A DNA stretch of 63,746 nucleotides, counting the filler, from Octopus bimaculoides (lineage: Eukaryota): assembly GCF_001194135.2 (NCBI RefSeq). It is 8 parts of 8 records of this genome, joined end to end, with 100 filler letters (N's around TTAATTAATTAA, not from the genome) between each part and the next. Parts side by side here need not be neighbours in the genome. Positions count along the whole stretch, not along the records: positions 1 to 27,745 come from NC_068984.1; 7 more parts are not named here. One strand, given 5' to 3'. The translations under genes and the position numbers were made by a program. A model generated the notes under the pieces. The model had not been told where the DNA came from. It did no database searches and saw only the letters and a program-made list of their open reading frames with translations. Positions 1-13,382 of the stretch are shown piece after piece (the stretch's first letter is position 1; each line of letters begins with the position of its first letter).

Positions 1-39
1 TATATATATATATATATATATGTGAATAGCCATGCAATG

Positions 40-200
40 GACAAATTTAAGGACCTGATAAATATATTCAAAGAAGTCGTCCTGTCTATAGCAGCTACAA
101 CAAACTTGGCCAAGGTCGATTTCCTAGATGTGACCCTAGACCTGAAAACGAGCAAGTGATGTAGTTAGAGGAAGCCCAACGAGGAAACTTATGGGCAGAA
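40..200 (+). mobile_element. Penelope-like element, decayed reverse transcriptase fragment
   Basis: Manual translation gives DKFKDLINIFKEVVLSIAATTNLAKVDFLDVTLDLKTSK*..RKPN. This resembles the PLE RT segment (..IFK..GL.I...TN...V.FLDVTL.L....Y.PYRKPN). In-frame stops are present. Confidence 0.75.
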
Positions 201-984
201 TCGGCTACAAACTCCCAATGTTTCACTGCCGTCAGATGTTTCACGCATGCATAGAATTGTATAACAGTTGGAAAAGTACTGTTAAAGCAAAATTTTAAAA
301 ACCGGAAATATTTTCGTCATATAATGTGCAGTTTCTTTCTTAAATGCACGATATCACAATGCAACTTGGGCGATAATTTGAACCCAGCATCAGGAAACCT
401 GGAAAAACACAACTTACACTGTATGTACATAATCTGAATAGTTACCTATATATGCAACTGTCTACGCATCCATGTACATATGTTAATATGTATAAGCAAC
501 AGAAATAATATCTACACGACACACACGTACATACATGGAATATAAAAGAAAATACACGTGTCATGAGCGAGACGTACAGAACACAAACAAAAACGAAGTG
601 ACTTCTCGCAAACGAATATAAGAAGGAGCAAATTAGTCACTCAGCTCACAACATAAATCAAACAGTTATGCTGAGAAACATAGCTACCAAAAAAGTAAAG
701 GCGATTTTTAATCTATCAGTCTATGATATTATAAATATATCCATTCGAAGAACTACAAAACTGGTCAAAACGTCAACTCTGAACAAACAGACCCGTCTCC
801 TATTGTCAGTTTCAATGCCTTACTGACAAGCCAAAACTCACGTCAGATCGGTCATCACCTGGGACAAGGACCGCGTAACTCGGTGGGGAACCAGAGTGGG
901 TGAGAAAAATCTGATATTGGCACAAACCCTCTAGAAACCGATCTACAAGATAACCAGAACCAACATAACCATAATCCTAGGGCT

Positions 985-1330
985 GTAGTGACGCCAGCAA
1001 TAACATCACATAAAGCAAAACGCATAAAATGGGCTAAAGAATATTATAGAGATGTGTTGAAAGATTTCTATACAGCCCAACTAAACCCAAACAATAAATT
1101 CATGGTACAAACTTACATTTCATGTAGAAGCTTGGTAAGCAATGAAGTACGCAGATATATAGATACAAATAAACTATGTAATGTAGGTAGTTATATCATT
1201 AAGAATAGATAGTTATCTGACATTGAAATTAGCCAAATTAGGACACACATATCTCATGGTATACCAAATGAAAATAGCAACAATGCAGATGAAATAGGTA
1301 ACAGATGCACTAGACTCACTGTACGAGCAG
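985..1330 (+). mobile_element. R4/Dong-like RLE non-LTR retrotransposon, N-terminal ORF remnant
   Basis: ORF 988-1212 KRIKWAKEYYRDVLKDFYTAQLNP...TY...R...DTNKLCNV...IIKNR resembles the N-terminal region of R4-type elements. It continues with stops. Confidence 0.55.
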
Positions 1331-3496
1331 TACATCCAGCAAGGAAGCTCAAGAACGAATACCAAAAAATAAATATGCGAGCAAAGAGGGGAAAGTAGAT
1401 CTATTGCTAGGTTTTACCACTCCCATGAGAACAAACTAAACTCTAGCTGAAAAATATAAAATACCCTATAAGTAATAAAAACGTCCTTTAGCGAAGAAAA
1501 TCATTCTATGGATATAATGGTTCGCTGAGGTCACCAGTGTGGCGGTCTGTTGATTACCACCACCTTAACGTTGTCAGATGGTTTTTAGTTCGCCAAAGTT
1601 TGTTCTCAATTCATGGTTGTTGGTTGAAGATGACGACATTGGCAATGGTAGATCTTGATAACAGTGTGCGGTAGACAGACATCTCCAATTGTGTTCGTGT
1701 GTTCGTTCAACAGCGATGATATACAATAACAACACTCTTTAAGATAATATGGTTTTATCATAGCGTCGGTTACACATGAATTGCTTTACATAGAGTTCTG
1801 CATAGAGATGTACAGTGCTTGAGAGTGATGTCTCTAGTGTGTTACCAGTAAATAAATGAATGCGTGAAGACATTAGTTGTGCTTTATATATATAGAAGGA
1901 CACTTGATAGAAGTGTTTCTAGATAGCTTGATATAACGACATTGAGTTTAGTCTATACCGCTAGCGCACGTGGGAGAAGTATGTTCTTGTGTGAGAGTGG
2001 CCAGCTTTAACGCGATAGAACAAAACTGTATTTCGGGAGTCCTTCAGAAAAGCGAGACAAGGAACTGAAAGGAACTCGATGGAACAATGGCGGCAGCTAC
2101 ATTATATAAGTGACAATTGGACGTGGCACAGAACGCCTGTTCGAGGGAACCTGTTAATTCAACCAATCACAGACTGAGTAGAACTGTAAACTAACAGTAT
2201 TGTTTGAGCCTACTTTGAGATCCAAAAATGTATGTTTTTCACAAATGCTAATACAGACATGCTACAGTCCTAAGTTCAGTGGCGGTGTTAATTAAGATGT
2301 TATGCGTTAATTTAATGAATTAAACGTATCTTTATTAATGAATATCGAATTATACAAAGATATATACAAGATGTAAGTGTTGGAGCCTGTGATCCGTCTG
2401 CGGACCTTTTTCTTAGGAAAGTTTTGCCCAACACACTAAAAAGTTTCCTCACCCCTGGTCTAAATAGTAACAATACAATACAGATAGACCAATAACATAT
2501 TAGACAAAACGGGGATAAGAGTGCAAGTATAAACAGAGACAGTAATATAAATAATAGAGCCTTGTAGCGGGTAATGATGTAATAACTTGCTAAAGAATTT
2601 GATAATAAGCTTTAAGAGGCAGTGAAAGTGAGAGAGAGTGAGAGTGAAATAAAGAGTGAACGTGTCTGTTTGTAAGTGCGCGCGCGCGAGTATGTGACCA
2701 TTTGTTACTATGGTGGGATTGTGGTGTCTGTAGCCATGCTCCTCAGTTTAGTGAGGTACGGAACTTGTGTTTCTCTTGAAAATTGTAGTTACTTGCTGTT
2801 CATGTCATGTTCAAGAAGGAATGCGATAATTATTCCTTGATACATGTGGTGAGTGTTTCATTGTACTTTTAAAGGAAACGGTATTTGTATGACCACATTG
2901 ATACTTGTTTTACATTTTGAAGTCTGTAGAAATACGGATTCAGTAAGGTTTTTCCTCATGCAATAATTCTTACGTTTGGATAGTTACAACGGAATTTAGA
3001 AGATATCTTTATTGTCGGTGAGAACAATGTTGTATCTGAGAACAAAGTGTACAAAATGAAGAGTGTTGTGAGAATAAAACCGAAGCATGGTGTAAACTAA
3101 TGTTGATAGAGATTTTATGAGAGACAGCATCACTAGATCAAGCCGTGCTGCGGTGATACGATTAGAAAACCGTGATTCAGGAAAGCGGGTGACATAGAGA
3201 TCCTATAAGTGTGCAGTTCTACCGATACAATTGATAGAAACTGTTGAAGGAGTGTCCTTGTTACATGCAATTACTGCTGGATAAACTTAGTATTGCTGTA
3301 AATCTTAATGTGACAGCCTAAGTATTTCAGTTTCACATGCTTCTATTTTGTGGAATGAAAGTAACGTAGATGTAAGCGTAGAGTATAATTAATTTCAGTG
3401 TATCCAAACTATCATCAGGTGCGAACGTTGATATTAGTAAATATATAAAATTAATATATCTAATTTAGACATCTTTCTCTGTATATACACTTGTCT

Positions 3497-3498
<2 letters not shown>

Positions 3499-3584
<86 letters not shown>
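3499..3584. repeat. (CT)n microsatellite
   Basis: Uninterrupted CT dinucleotide run. Confidence 0.98.
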
Positions 3585-3588
<4 letters not shown>

Positions 3589-5306
3589 CACTCTCTGCCT
3601 CTTTCTATCTCTTTTTCTCTCTCTTTGTTTTTCTTTCTCTGTGTCTCCACTCACAAGGATAAATCACATGCTCATGAAACCATAAACAATTCGATCATTA
3701 TTCTGTCATTTGCTGGCCATTACGTTTCTTGCACAAATTTTTAAAGATATCTTTCTTAGCTCTACGTGACAATTTACTTAGTAATGGATCTATTCAAACT
3801 GAAGCCACCTGTGGCTATTAATCATATTATTTTAATGGAATGAACCAAGTAAATAGTGTTTCTTTACTAATAAATAATACTTCCTCTGGTAACGATAAGT
3901 AACAAAAAAAAACCTGCGACGGAAAACAAACATGAACGAGAGATGCAGTATGACCACACGAAACATGTACACACACATTCATGTCCATAAATGATCATGC
4001 GCACGCATGTCTGTGCATTTACGAGGGGAAATAATAATAGACAAAGATATCACAAGCAACTAATATTACCTTTATGGATTTGTATACCTATTAAATGTAA
4101 GAATATATATGTATGTATATATTCTTACATTTAATAGGTATACAAATATGCATATNNNNNNNNNNNNNNNNNNNNNNNNNNNNNNNNNNNNNNNNNNNNN
4201 NNNNNNNNNNNNNNNNNNNNNNNNNNNNNNNNNNNNNNNNNNNNNNNNNNNNNNNNNNNNNNNNNNNNNNNNNNNNNNNNNNNNNNNNNNNNNNNNNNNN
4301 NNNNNNNNNNNNNNNATATATGCATATATACATGCATACATACATACATACATTCATGAAATTACCTTTAAGGAATGATGGAGCGACGTTCTAAATGTAT
4401 AAATTATTATTTGTGGCTACTCTTAATTGAAATACTCTGTCACAGTCTATACATTTCCAGATCCATTATACACTTCATTATATGTTCTAAAGTGGATACG
4501 TAAACTACGCAAATACATATGCCAATTAGGCACTTGATATAATCCATTCATTCTGAATTATTTCGTACTTTAGATTTTAGGAAACGGATAACATGGTAAA
4601 ATAATATGTGAGCTACTGGTATGTCGAGTTCATTACTTGGCTTCCGTTCCCAATTTAATGGTGATACTTCGTTTACATATGTCATTTTATTGGGGGAAAA
4701 TATGTACGCCACGAATTGTATTTAATCTATCCTTTCCCATCTGTGTTCAGCCGTGTGTGGCCAATAAAGAAACATATATTTTTAAATCATGTTAATTTGA
4801 TCGTCGTCTAGTCGCCGCTAACTGTATTTCAATTTAAATGAACTTTTGACAAGTATCTCAAGCTTTCCAAAAAATTATATCGTTATGAACTTTTTGGCTA
4901 CACTGTAAATGAATATCATATTATATAGAAGCATTAATTCCAGAGATGTCATTAAATCTATACATTTACTATCATTGAAACAATTTATCTGACAAATGCG
5001 ATCGCCTATGTGGCGAGAAAGTATACTCATGCTTCGTACCTCATATCAATAATGGAAATGGTCTGTGATTGACGAAACTACTAAGGAAAAACTTAACATT
5101 TCAAGATTCGAATGAAGACCTTTCTATGTATCAAAGAAAAGAATTAATGCTTAAACATTAAGAAGTCATTTCAAAGCAAGAGAAGGAAGTAAAGAGAAAG
5201 AATTGGACATATGAAAAATAGGCTGATGCCCGGTCTCTGGCGAATGGCCGATGGCTTGCGTCAGAGTGGATATTGAGAATTTACTATGTGCTCAACATAG
5301 GATGTT

Positions 5307-5429
5307 GAAGAAGAAGAAGAAGAAGAAGAAGAAGAAGAAGAAGAAGAAGAAGAAGAAGAAGAAGAAGAAGAAGAAGAAGAAGAAGAAGAAGAAGAAGAAG
5401 AAGAAGAAGAAGAAGAAGAAGAAGAAGAA
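5307..5429. repeat. (AAG)n microsatellite
   Basis: Perfect GAA/AAG run of about 41 units, abutting the 5' truncation point of the R4-like element. Confidence 0.98.
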
Positions 5430-6363
5430 ACAAAAGCTATAAAACAAATGAAATCCAAACTAAAACTAGAACAGCAACGGACAATGATAAAACGAAGTCA
5501 AGAAAAGCCCTTTCATGGCAAATACTGGGCTAAACTAAATGCAAAAGAAATCGAGAGAGAAAAATCCCAGCAATGGTTGAGAATCTCAGGACTCAAAGCA
5601 GAGACTGAAGGATTTTTAATGGCTGCACAAGACCAAATCCTCCTCACCAGAAATTACTAAAAACATATCATGAAAAGAAACATAACAAGTAACTGTAGTA
5701 TATGTGCAGATGGACAAGAAACAATAAATCATATTATTTCTGGCTGCCCAGTCCTGGCTAAGAAGGAATATATTCGCAGACACGACAGAGCTGGGACCTA
5801 TATACACTGGAAGCTATGCCAACGCTATGGAATAACAACAAAAAAGATGGTATAGGCACACGCCAGAAAATGTTACAGAAAACGAGAAAGCAACCATAGT
5901 CTGGGATATGCCAATACACACAGATAGAGAAATTAAGGTCAATAGGCCAGATATAGTTGTCAGAGATCATGAAGGAAAAAAATGCTTTCTAGTTGACGTA
6001 TCAATACCAGCAGATGACAACGTTTCCCTAAAAGAAATGGAGAAACTTTCAAAATACAAAGACCTGGAAATAGAGGTAACTCGAATGTGGAATCTAAAAC
6101 CAGAAAAAATTCCTATCATAATAGGCGTCTTAGGTATGATAAAAAAAATATTCAGACAAATACATAACAAAAACCCCAGGACTTACAAATATATATAACA
6201 TACAGAAAATTGCACTACTGGGCACTGCACACATCCTACGCAAAACACGTTCAATACAGGAACCATAAGAGCATCACAGAAAAGCACAGCACATGCCCAA
6301 GGCACACAGAGCTGCGCTCGGTAGTGAAAGGAAAGCACGCTATAAAAATAAAACTACTGAATG

Positions 6364-6428
<65 letters not shown>
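5430..6428 (+). mobile_element. R4/Dong-like RLE non-LTR retrotransposon, 5'-truncated 3' part with (AAT)n end
   Basis: ORFs 5448-5660, 5670-5855 and 5908-6198 join into HGKY...SQQWL..SGLKAETEGFLMAAQDQ, a CCHC knuckle (CSIC..GQETINHIISGC), RRHD....IHWKLC and the PD-(D/E)xK nuclease (NRPDIVV...FLVDVSIP..NV..KE.EKLSKYKDL..E..RMW...PIIIG.LG). It is broken by stops and frameshifts and ends in (AAT)n at 6364-6428. Confidence 0.92.
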
Positions 6429-6429
<1 letters not shown>

Positions 6430-6660
6430 TAGGTGTTCTACCTTCGCACTTGCACCAATCTTTTTCAACCATATTGGTAGTTGATAACAAATGCTTCTAA
6501 GTGCGCTAATTATTATTGGTATCACGTTTACTCTCTTCATTGACCGCGATCTTCTTATTTCCCCACTTTAAATCGTCATAGTTGTTTATTTCATCCTCTT
6601 CCTCATTGATCCCGTTTGTTGTCACCGTGGCTTGCTATATCAATTATAATACATATTCTT
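6430..6660 (-). mobile_element. R4-like RLE element fragment, second family, inverted
   Basis: ORF 6340-6540(-) MKRVNVIPIIISALRSICYQLPIWLKKIGASAKVEHL is the RLE C-terminus. It is homologous to 6870-7080(+). Confidence 0.8.
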
Positions 6661-7223
6661 AAGATGCTATGACAATGTAGCAAGAATGATCCATTGGAAG
6701 CTCTGTGGAAATCACGGCGTACAAAGAGCAAAGGTGTGATATGAGAAAATTCTTGAAGGGGTCACCGAAAATGAGAATTGCAAAATCCTGTGTTATGCAA
6801 TGATTCTGTGCGATCACCTGACCAGACATCGGAAACCGTATATTGTTGTGTTGAAGAGAGAAGAAAGAACATGTACATAGCATGCCCCCGTGACAACAGG
6901 ATCAATGTGAAAGAAGGAATCATAAACAATTATGACTTATTGGAAAAAGGAAATACGAAGGTTGTGGTCAACGAAAAGAAAAGACGTGATACCTGTAGTA
7001 AATGGCGCACTCGATAGTATCAGCGGTCAAATATGAACATGGCTGAAAAAGATCGGTGCAGGTGTGAAGGTAGAACACCCACAAAAATCAGCATTGCTTG
7101 GAACAACAAGAATTCTTCACAGGATTCTTGAAGCATGACCAGTAAACAAGTGTCACCTTAGTCTGCTGGATGTGGACAGCTGACAGTTTCCACCATACCC
7201 AGCAAAATAAGCTGTGAGTTTTC

Positions 7224-7271
<48 letters not shown>
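6660..7271 (+). mobile_element. R4-like RLE element 3' fragment with (AAT)n end
   Basis: Frameshifted KIL...ILCDHLTRHRKPYIVV...IACP.DNRI...VIPVVNGAL...WLKKIGAGVKVEHPQKSALLGTTRILHRILEA*, then a 3' UTR and (AAT)n at 7227-7271. Confidence 0.85.
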
Positions 7272-7272
<1 letters not shown>

Positions 7273-7445
7273 TTTGGCACAAAGCCAGCAATTTTATGTG
7301 AGGAATTAGTCAGTAACTTAGACCACAGTGCTTACCTAGTCCTGTATTTCTACAATGAATAACAATTTTGATCTCGGCGAGATTTGAACTGAGAGTATAG
7401 ATAGCCAGAACAATACCATAAAGCGTTTTGTTCTATGCTCAAACA
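7272..7445 (-). mobile_element. SINE family B copy (decayed)
   Basis: Shares ttttggcacaaagccagcaatttt ... ctcggcgagatttgaactgag with the other family B copies. Confidence 0.65.
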
Positions 7446-7609
7446 ATACTACTAACCCACCACCCTTAATTTTTGAATTAGGAAACAAGGCCAATTATAT
7501 ATTTCTTCTCCCTTGCTACAATGGTTAGTGATTGATTCTGTTTTTCTCTCTCTCTCTTCCTCTCTCTCCTCTCTATCCTCTCTCTCTCTCTCTTCCTCTC
7601 TCTCCCCCC

Positions 7610-7650
<41 letters not shown>

Positions 7651-8837
7651 ATCAAACTGCGAATGCTTTCCATATGGAATCACACATTTCTCAGATGTTG
7701 ATTCGCTTTAAACATATCACAAGTTTTAACTTAACATGGATGTCTTTTTCGATCACCGAATACTACGGTATTAGCTTCTGATGCCCTCTAGTATAGGTGG
7801 ATGATTAAAAAAAGCGTAGAGATATATTGCAGTAGATGAGAATCGTTATAGGCGCCGATTCTCATCTGTTACGATTTATATCTTTGCTCTTATGTACTAT
7901 GCACCTACACGAGAGCGCTCACAAGGCTAAAACTGTGTATTCAGCGATTTAAGAAGACATGCACGTTAAGTTCGATATAAAACGAATACTGCTTGCGACG
8001 CTAAACTTTCTGTCATAGCTGGTTTACCTAGGCCTTCTCTGGAAACAGCAATGAGGAGAGGGTTTGTAGCGAATATCAGCTCTGTCTTTTATCGTCAAGC
8101 TAACTTCAAGACTATAATGTAATAAACACTACCCTCTTTCACTGTTTAATTTAGTTATTTATAAACATTTCTAATATAATGCAGTTAAAAAGAAATAAAT
8201 ACGATTTCTAATATTCCTTAAGACGACCAACTATGAGAAGAAGCACAACTTATCCTCGTAAATATATTTGATCCATCTCGACACGTTGATGGGAAATATA
8301 AGCCCCAAACCACTATGACAGAACAAAATGTCCGAAGACATTTTCTTAAAAGTTCTGTCTATTCTTTAACAAACTACTTACTGAGAAGTATGTTCAAGAA
8401 AATAATAAAAATAGATCTTCTCATATTTTATTTCAAAATAATATCTTGCAATTTTTTTCTACAATCTGTAACCATTGAAAACATTTACTATAATAGAAAC
8501 AAATAGCTGGTCTGTGTATATTAAAATTCACACTATGTACAGTATACATTTTTCATTACCTATTACTCATGGAATGGTACTATCGTATTTATGATATGTT
8601 ATTCAAGCATTCAGATTAAAACATCTCAGAAAATTCATAAAGTATATAAACAACTTTTTACATTTCATTAATTTAACGGAAAACGTGGTGTCATCTCTTA
8701 ACATATATACTATTTTGTCACAATATATAGACATAGACATAGATTTTATTGAGAATATACGTATGCATTGTAAATTTACATTACAAACAAGCGAACACAC
8801 ACACACATACACACATATATGTATACCCCACCCATAC

Positions 8838-8877
<40 letters not shown>

Positions 8878-8887
8878 NNNNNNNNNN

Positions 8888-8940
<53 letters not shown>

Positions 8941-9135
8941 ATGTTAAATAAAGTGATACCACAAAGCCAAGGCTGTGTGAAATTTTCAGCAAATTTATAA
9001 ATAGAATGTTAGACTTACAGCTGTTTCTGGAATATCCCTAATATCTCAGAAACAGCTGTAAGACTAACTTTCTCTTTATAAATGTCCTGAAAATTACACA
9101 CAGCCTTGGCGTTGTTGTCTCCTTTTATTTAACAT
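8941..9135. mobile_element. Fold-back (palindromic) non-autonomous element
   Basis: Arms of about 88 bp (atgttaaataaa..gccaaggctgtgtg.aattttcag..atttataa..agaa.gttag.cttacagctgtttctg and its reverse complement) surround a roughly 17 nt centre. A single arm recurs at 22304-22390. Confidence 0.85.
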
Positions 9136-9257
9136 ATACATGCTCATACAATACCCGCATTAGACTCCTCACTCGTATCATTATCGAACCGAGACTTTAA
9201 CTATGGTCCTTCCATAGTTACCTGCCACCTTGGGTCTTCTGGATACCAACAGCTCTC

Positions 9258-9294
<37 letters not shown>

Positions 9295-10096
9295 AAACAC
9301 AAACGCTCGTGCGCGCACACACACACACATATACATTGTACTTCTGATATTAACATATATTGGATGTTGACGTGTAAACGGAGTTAAACACAGATCGTAT
9401 TACCGTTCATTTATATTTTATGAAGCCATTTTTAATATAAGTAAATCTGATTTTCATTTGAAAAGTTGCTTATACAAAAATATGAAAGTTTAACTCATCT
9501 GGAACAGTTTCAGAATGCATTTTAAATTCAGAAATAGAGATATGTCGTTTCTCATCTGGTCAGTGATGTAAAACAGAATAGGATAAACAGACGAGATATT
9601 TACTCGGTTTAATACAAATACAGTTGAACAATCTGTGGGGGGTGATGGACTAATTCTTAAGGTGTTGCAGTCACTATCACGAGATCATGATTTCAATTCC
9701 TGGACCGACTGGTGAGTTGTGCTCTTCAGCAAAACACTTCATCTGTGCCCGATTTTCAGCAAGAAATTTCAGAACCGTCCTCCTCGGACTACGAGAGACT
9801 ATTATCATTCAGCTAGACAATCTTACACGCAATACAAGCCGTTGAAGCAACATCTTTATACATAAACAATTTATATTCTCAATAACAAAAATTAAAATAA
9901 ATGATAAAAATGCATGATATAAATAATTTAGGTATTCAGTCGCAAATACTCTGCATTGGGTTTAATCTTGACAGGTCAACACCACCTTCTGACTAATGGA
10001 TTGATCCTCAGGGAGATATGAATTCAAAATATTTACAATTGAATAGACACGAACACACATATATAGATATGTGTATGTATAACATATGTGTTTGTG

Positions 10097-10161
<65 letters not shown>

Positions 10162-10524
10162 ATGTGTGTGTGTGTGTGTGTGTGTAGAAAGAGAGAGAGA
10201 GAGATGGACAGTTGTATATTGTTGACGTTAAAAGAATTTGTAAACACAAGTGAAGCTGATGAAGTAAACTGGATGAAGTAACCCCTCAAATGAATCCATT
10301 CTAAAGAACTCATTCCTAACATCAAGAATTCCATATTGATGACATCATAAGAATAGAGTTTTTAAAATGGATCAAGAAATCTGAAGTATTGCTTTGCTCT
10401 AATGGTAGAACATCTGTGATGTCTAAAGAAGGTATTGGTTCGCGTCCCACGGGCAGACTTCGATTTCTTTCCGTTTCTTCCAAAGAGTTTTAACCCAATA
10501 TTTACATGCTAATATTTATAGCTT

Positions 10525-10745
10525 TATCTAAGGTGGCTTGCTGACACAATCGTTAACACATTGGGCAAAAGTGTTTAGCGACATTTCGTCCGCCTTTTAC
10601 TATCTGGGTTCAAATTCCGCCGTGATCAACTTTATCTTTCATCATTTTAGGGTCGATAAAATAAGCACAAATTGAATATTGGGGTCGATTAATCGATTTA
10701 CCGACCTCTCCTAAATTTGCTGGCCTCGTGCCAAAATTTGAAACT
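10525..10745 (+). mobile_element. SINE family B copy (tRNA-headed)
   Basis: Sequence ctgggttcaaattccgccgtgatcaactttatctttcatcattttagggtcgataaaataagcac...ggcctcgtgccaaaatttgaaac, with a B-box-like GGTTCAAATTCC. Related copies at 13040, 30705, 37586, 44955, 45335 and 60400. Confidence 0.8.
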
Positions 10746-12897
10746 ATTATATATAGTTTCATTTTCTTTCCACTAATCCAATGAAGAGTTATCTTACATA
10801 GACACATGCAATGCACTTTGGGTAGATTATCACCATTGATATAATCAATTTGAGAAATGTCATTTACTTACTTAAAGGGAAAAAGCAACACATTTTTCAT
10901 CAATTCGATGAAAATTTATACTCCATTGATACAGAGAAAGAGAGAGAGAGAGAGAGGGAGAGGGGGATCTGCTGTAAGTAGGATAGCTAATTATGATTTC
11001 CTCTGTAATTTTTCTAGTCTTTACTCTTCATCTTTTCTAACAAGAAAACGGCGTTTAACAGGTATTGTGTTTCAAAATGCATAAAGATTTGCAGGAAAAA
11101 AGTTCATAATCCTCTACTCATTAATTGGATTAGAGAGTGTAATTACTTTATTGACATTTCATTGTAAAGTTTTATTCAAGACTGAGTTTCAGTTCAATAT
11201 TATAAGCTAATGAAATACTTGTGAACTGCTGGTTTGTTCTTAGTGACAGCGAAGTGAAAATAACACTAAGAAATATTGAGCAGTGTTCTGGATAAGTTTA
11301 CAAGCTGTCTTTCGGATAATGTTCTTAGCACTGTAGATTGGGTTATAGTTCATCCGTCGGTGACCATGACCGAGGGCTAAAAACTTTAACTCATTACAAC
11401 TAATTCCAGGTAATAACACAAAACATTATATCACGAAATACTTGATTGTGCAATGCTCAGTTACACACATCCTGTCAAGACTAAGTGAGACACACCGGTG
11501 AGTAGTTCTCAGATGCTGCAGCTACTTATTCAAACCTCAAAAATAACATACATAAAAAAGCAAAAGAATGACTGATATACAATGATTAACAACTCAGCAA
11601 TACGCTATACTCATTAAATAAGGGAGATGTAGTTTCTTTTCTCTGTATCTGCAAGCACTGTATTCAGTGCTTTGACAGCGTCGAGGAAATGTAGAACTGA
11701 ATGCATCATGGTATATGTTCTGAATTTCTGCACTCTGACTATCAGTTTTTGTGCGGTGAATTTGGTCTGATATCTTTTTAGGTTTCATGAAGAAACAATA
11801 CGAATCTTCTGTGAGGGATTCCAAAAGTGGAACAAATTATGGGAAGGTGCCTCGTTATATTTGTTCCAGCCCATTTCATTCAGAGTTCAAATCCTACCCA
11901 CTTTTACTTAGGAAGAAGTATTCATCTTTCGCCTTCTTTAATAGCATTAACTGGTTTTCGAATGTAGCAAGTGGAGTCCGGTCCGTTGGATGCATTCAAG
12001 CTAGGTTTCTAGGTAGAATATACTTTTCTTCCTATGCTTTCCCTCTCTACAAAAAAGATAGCAAATATCCTACAAGAGCTCTTAGAATCTGAACAACCTG
12101 ACTCTATACACTCTTCATCTAGATCTAGATATATATTTCCCATAGCTCTTTTATTATTTCATCAAAATACATTGGATTCTCTCAAAACACTGTGTCCAGA
12201 TCATCTTCTCCAATCTCCTGACTCGATGGAATTCCCTTCTTAGTTATGCTTTTCCAGTAGATATGGAACTAAAAATTCAGCACATTATTCTTGCGTGTGA
12301 TACTCATCAAGAACCTGGAGACATTGCAGCTCTTCTGCCTAGAAATACAAAAATAGCTGATAATTATATATATGAATAGGGATAATTATTTCGACCGCAT
12401 AATACATACCACCATTATAAACACATAAATATAATGACTAATTATATAAACAGAAATCATTATACAACATTAGGAAGCTGTGTCAGGCCTCGTTGAGAAA
12501 AGTGCATAAGAACATGACTTATAATGAAGACGTGAGTATATCCCTCCTTATAAATAAAAATATTGAGGTAACAAAATATTTCCGATTACATTAATGTACA
12601 TAAGCACACACACACACACACACTCACGCACACACGCACGCACACACACACACGCAAACACACACACATACATGCAAACACACATGTGCACACATACACA
12701 TGCACACACACAAACACATACGCACGCACAATTATCTTGATGTTGAACGTTGGGCCCTTCTTTTAATCTTATGATACCGATAATTACATTGATCGTATTT
12801 GCTCAGATGTTCCCGTAATTTCCTCTGCAATTAACAACAGCAATAATAATGATAATGATATTGGTGATGATGATGATGTTGATGTTGATGATGATGT

Positions 12898-12943
<46 letters not shown>

Positions 12944-13039
12944 GATAAAAACAGGGATAAAATTAATTCGAACACCAACAGTAGTCGTTGTCGTCGTCGT
13001 CGTCGTCGTTCGTCGTCGTCGTCATAGTAGTAGTAGTAG

Positions 13040-13255
13040 TTTCAAATCTTGGTTTGAGGCCATCAACTTGGTGGGGGGGAGAAGGGGGTAAGCCGATCAC
13101 ATTAACCCCAGTGCTCAACTGGTACTTATTTTATTAACTCCAAAAGGATGAAAGGCAAAGCCAATCTCGGCGAAATTTGAACTCAGAATGTAAAGACGGA
13201 CGAAATGTTGCTGAGCATTTCGCCCAGTGCACTTACCATTCTGTCATCTCGCCAA
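13040..13255 (-). mobile_element. SINE family B copy
   Basis: Reverse complement of the family B consensus (actggtacttattttatt..ccaaaaggatgaaaggcaaagcc..ctcggcgaaatttgaactcagaa). Confidence 0.85.
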
Positions 13256-13382
13256 TGAAAGTCGACTGAGAAGTGAGCTAAATAATGGAAGAAGAGAATA
13301 CAGGAGTTTTGGAAGCTTCAGCCCAAATATTGATGGACCAGTCAAGGGCATTTCGTATATATGATTAGATTACAAGATTATA

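Noticed and set aside
840-900. Possible HDV-like ribozyme at the 5' end of the R4-like remnant
   Set aside because: I could not build the nested double pseudoknot by eye.
7834-7867. 12-bp perfect hairpin (agatgagaatcg / cgattctcatct)
   Set aside because: No downstream CTRR for a Helitron end and no other context; isolated.
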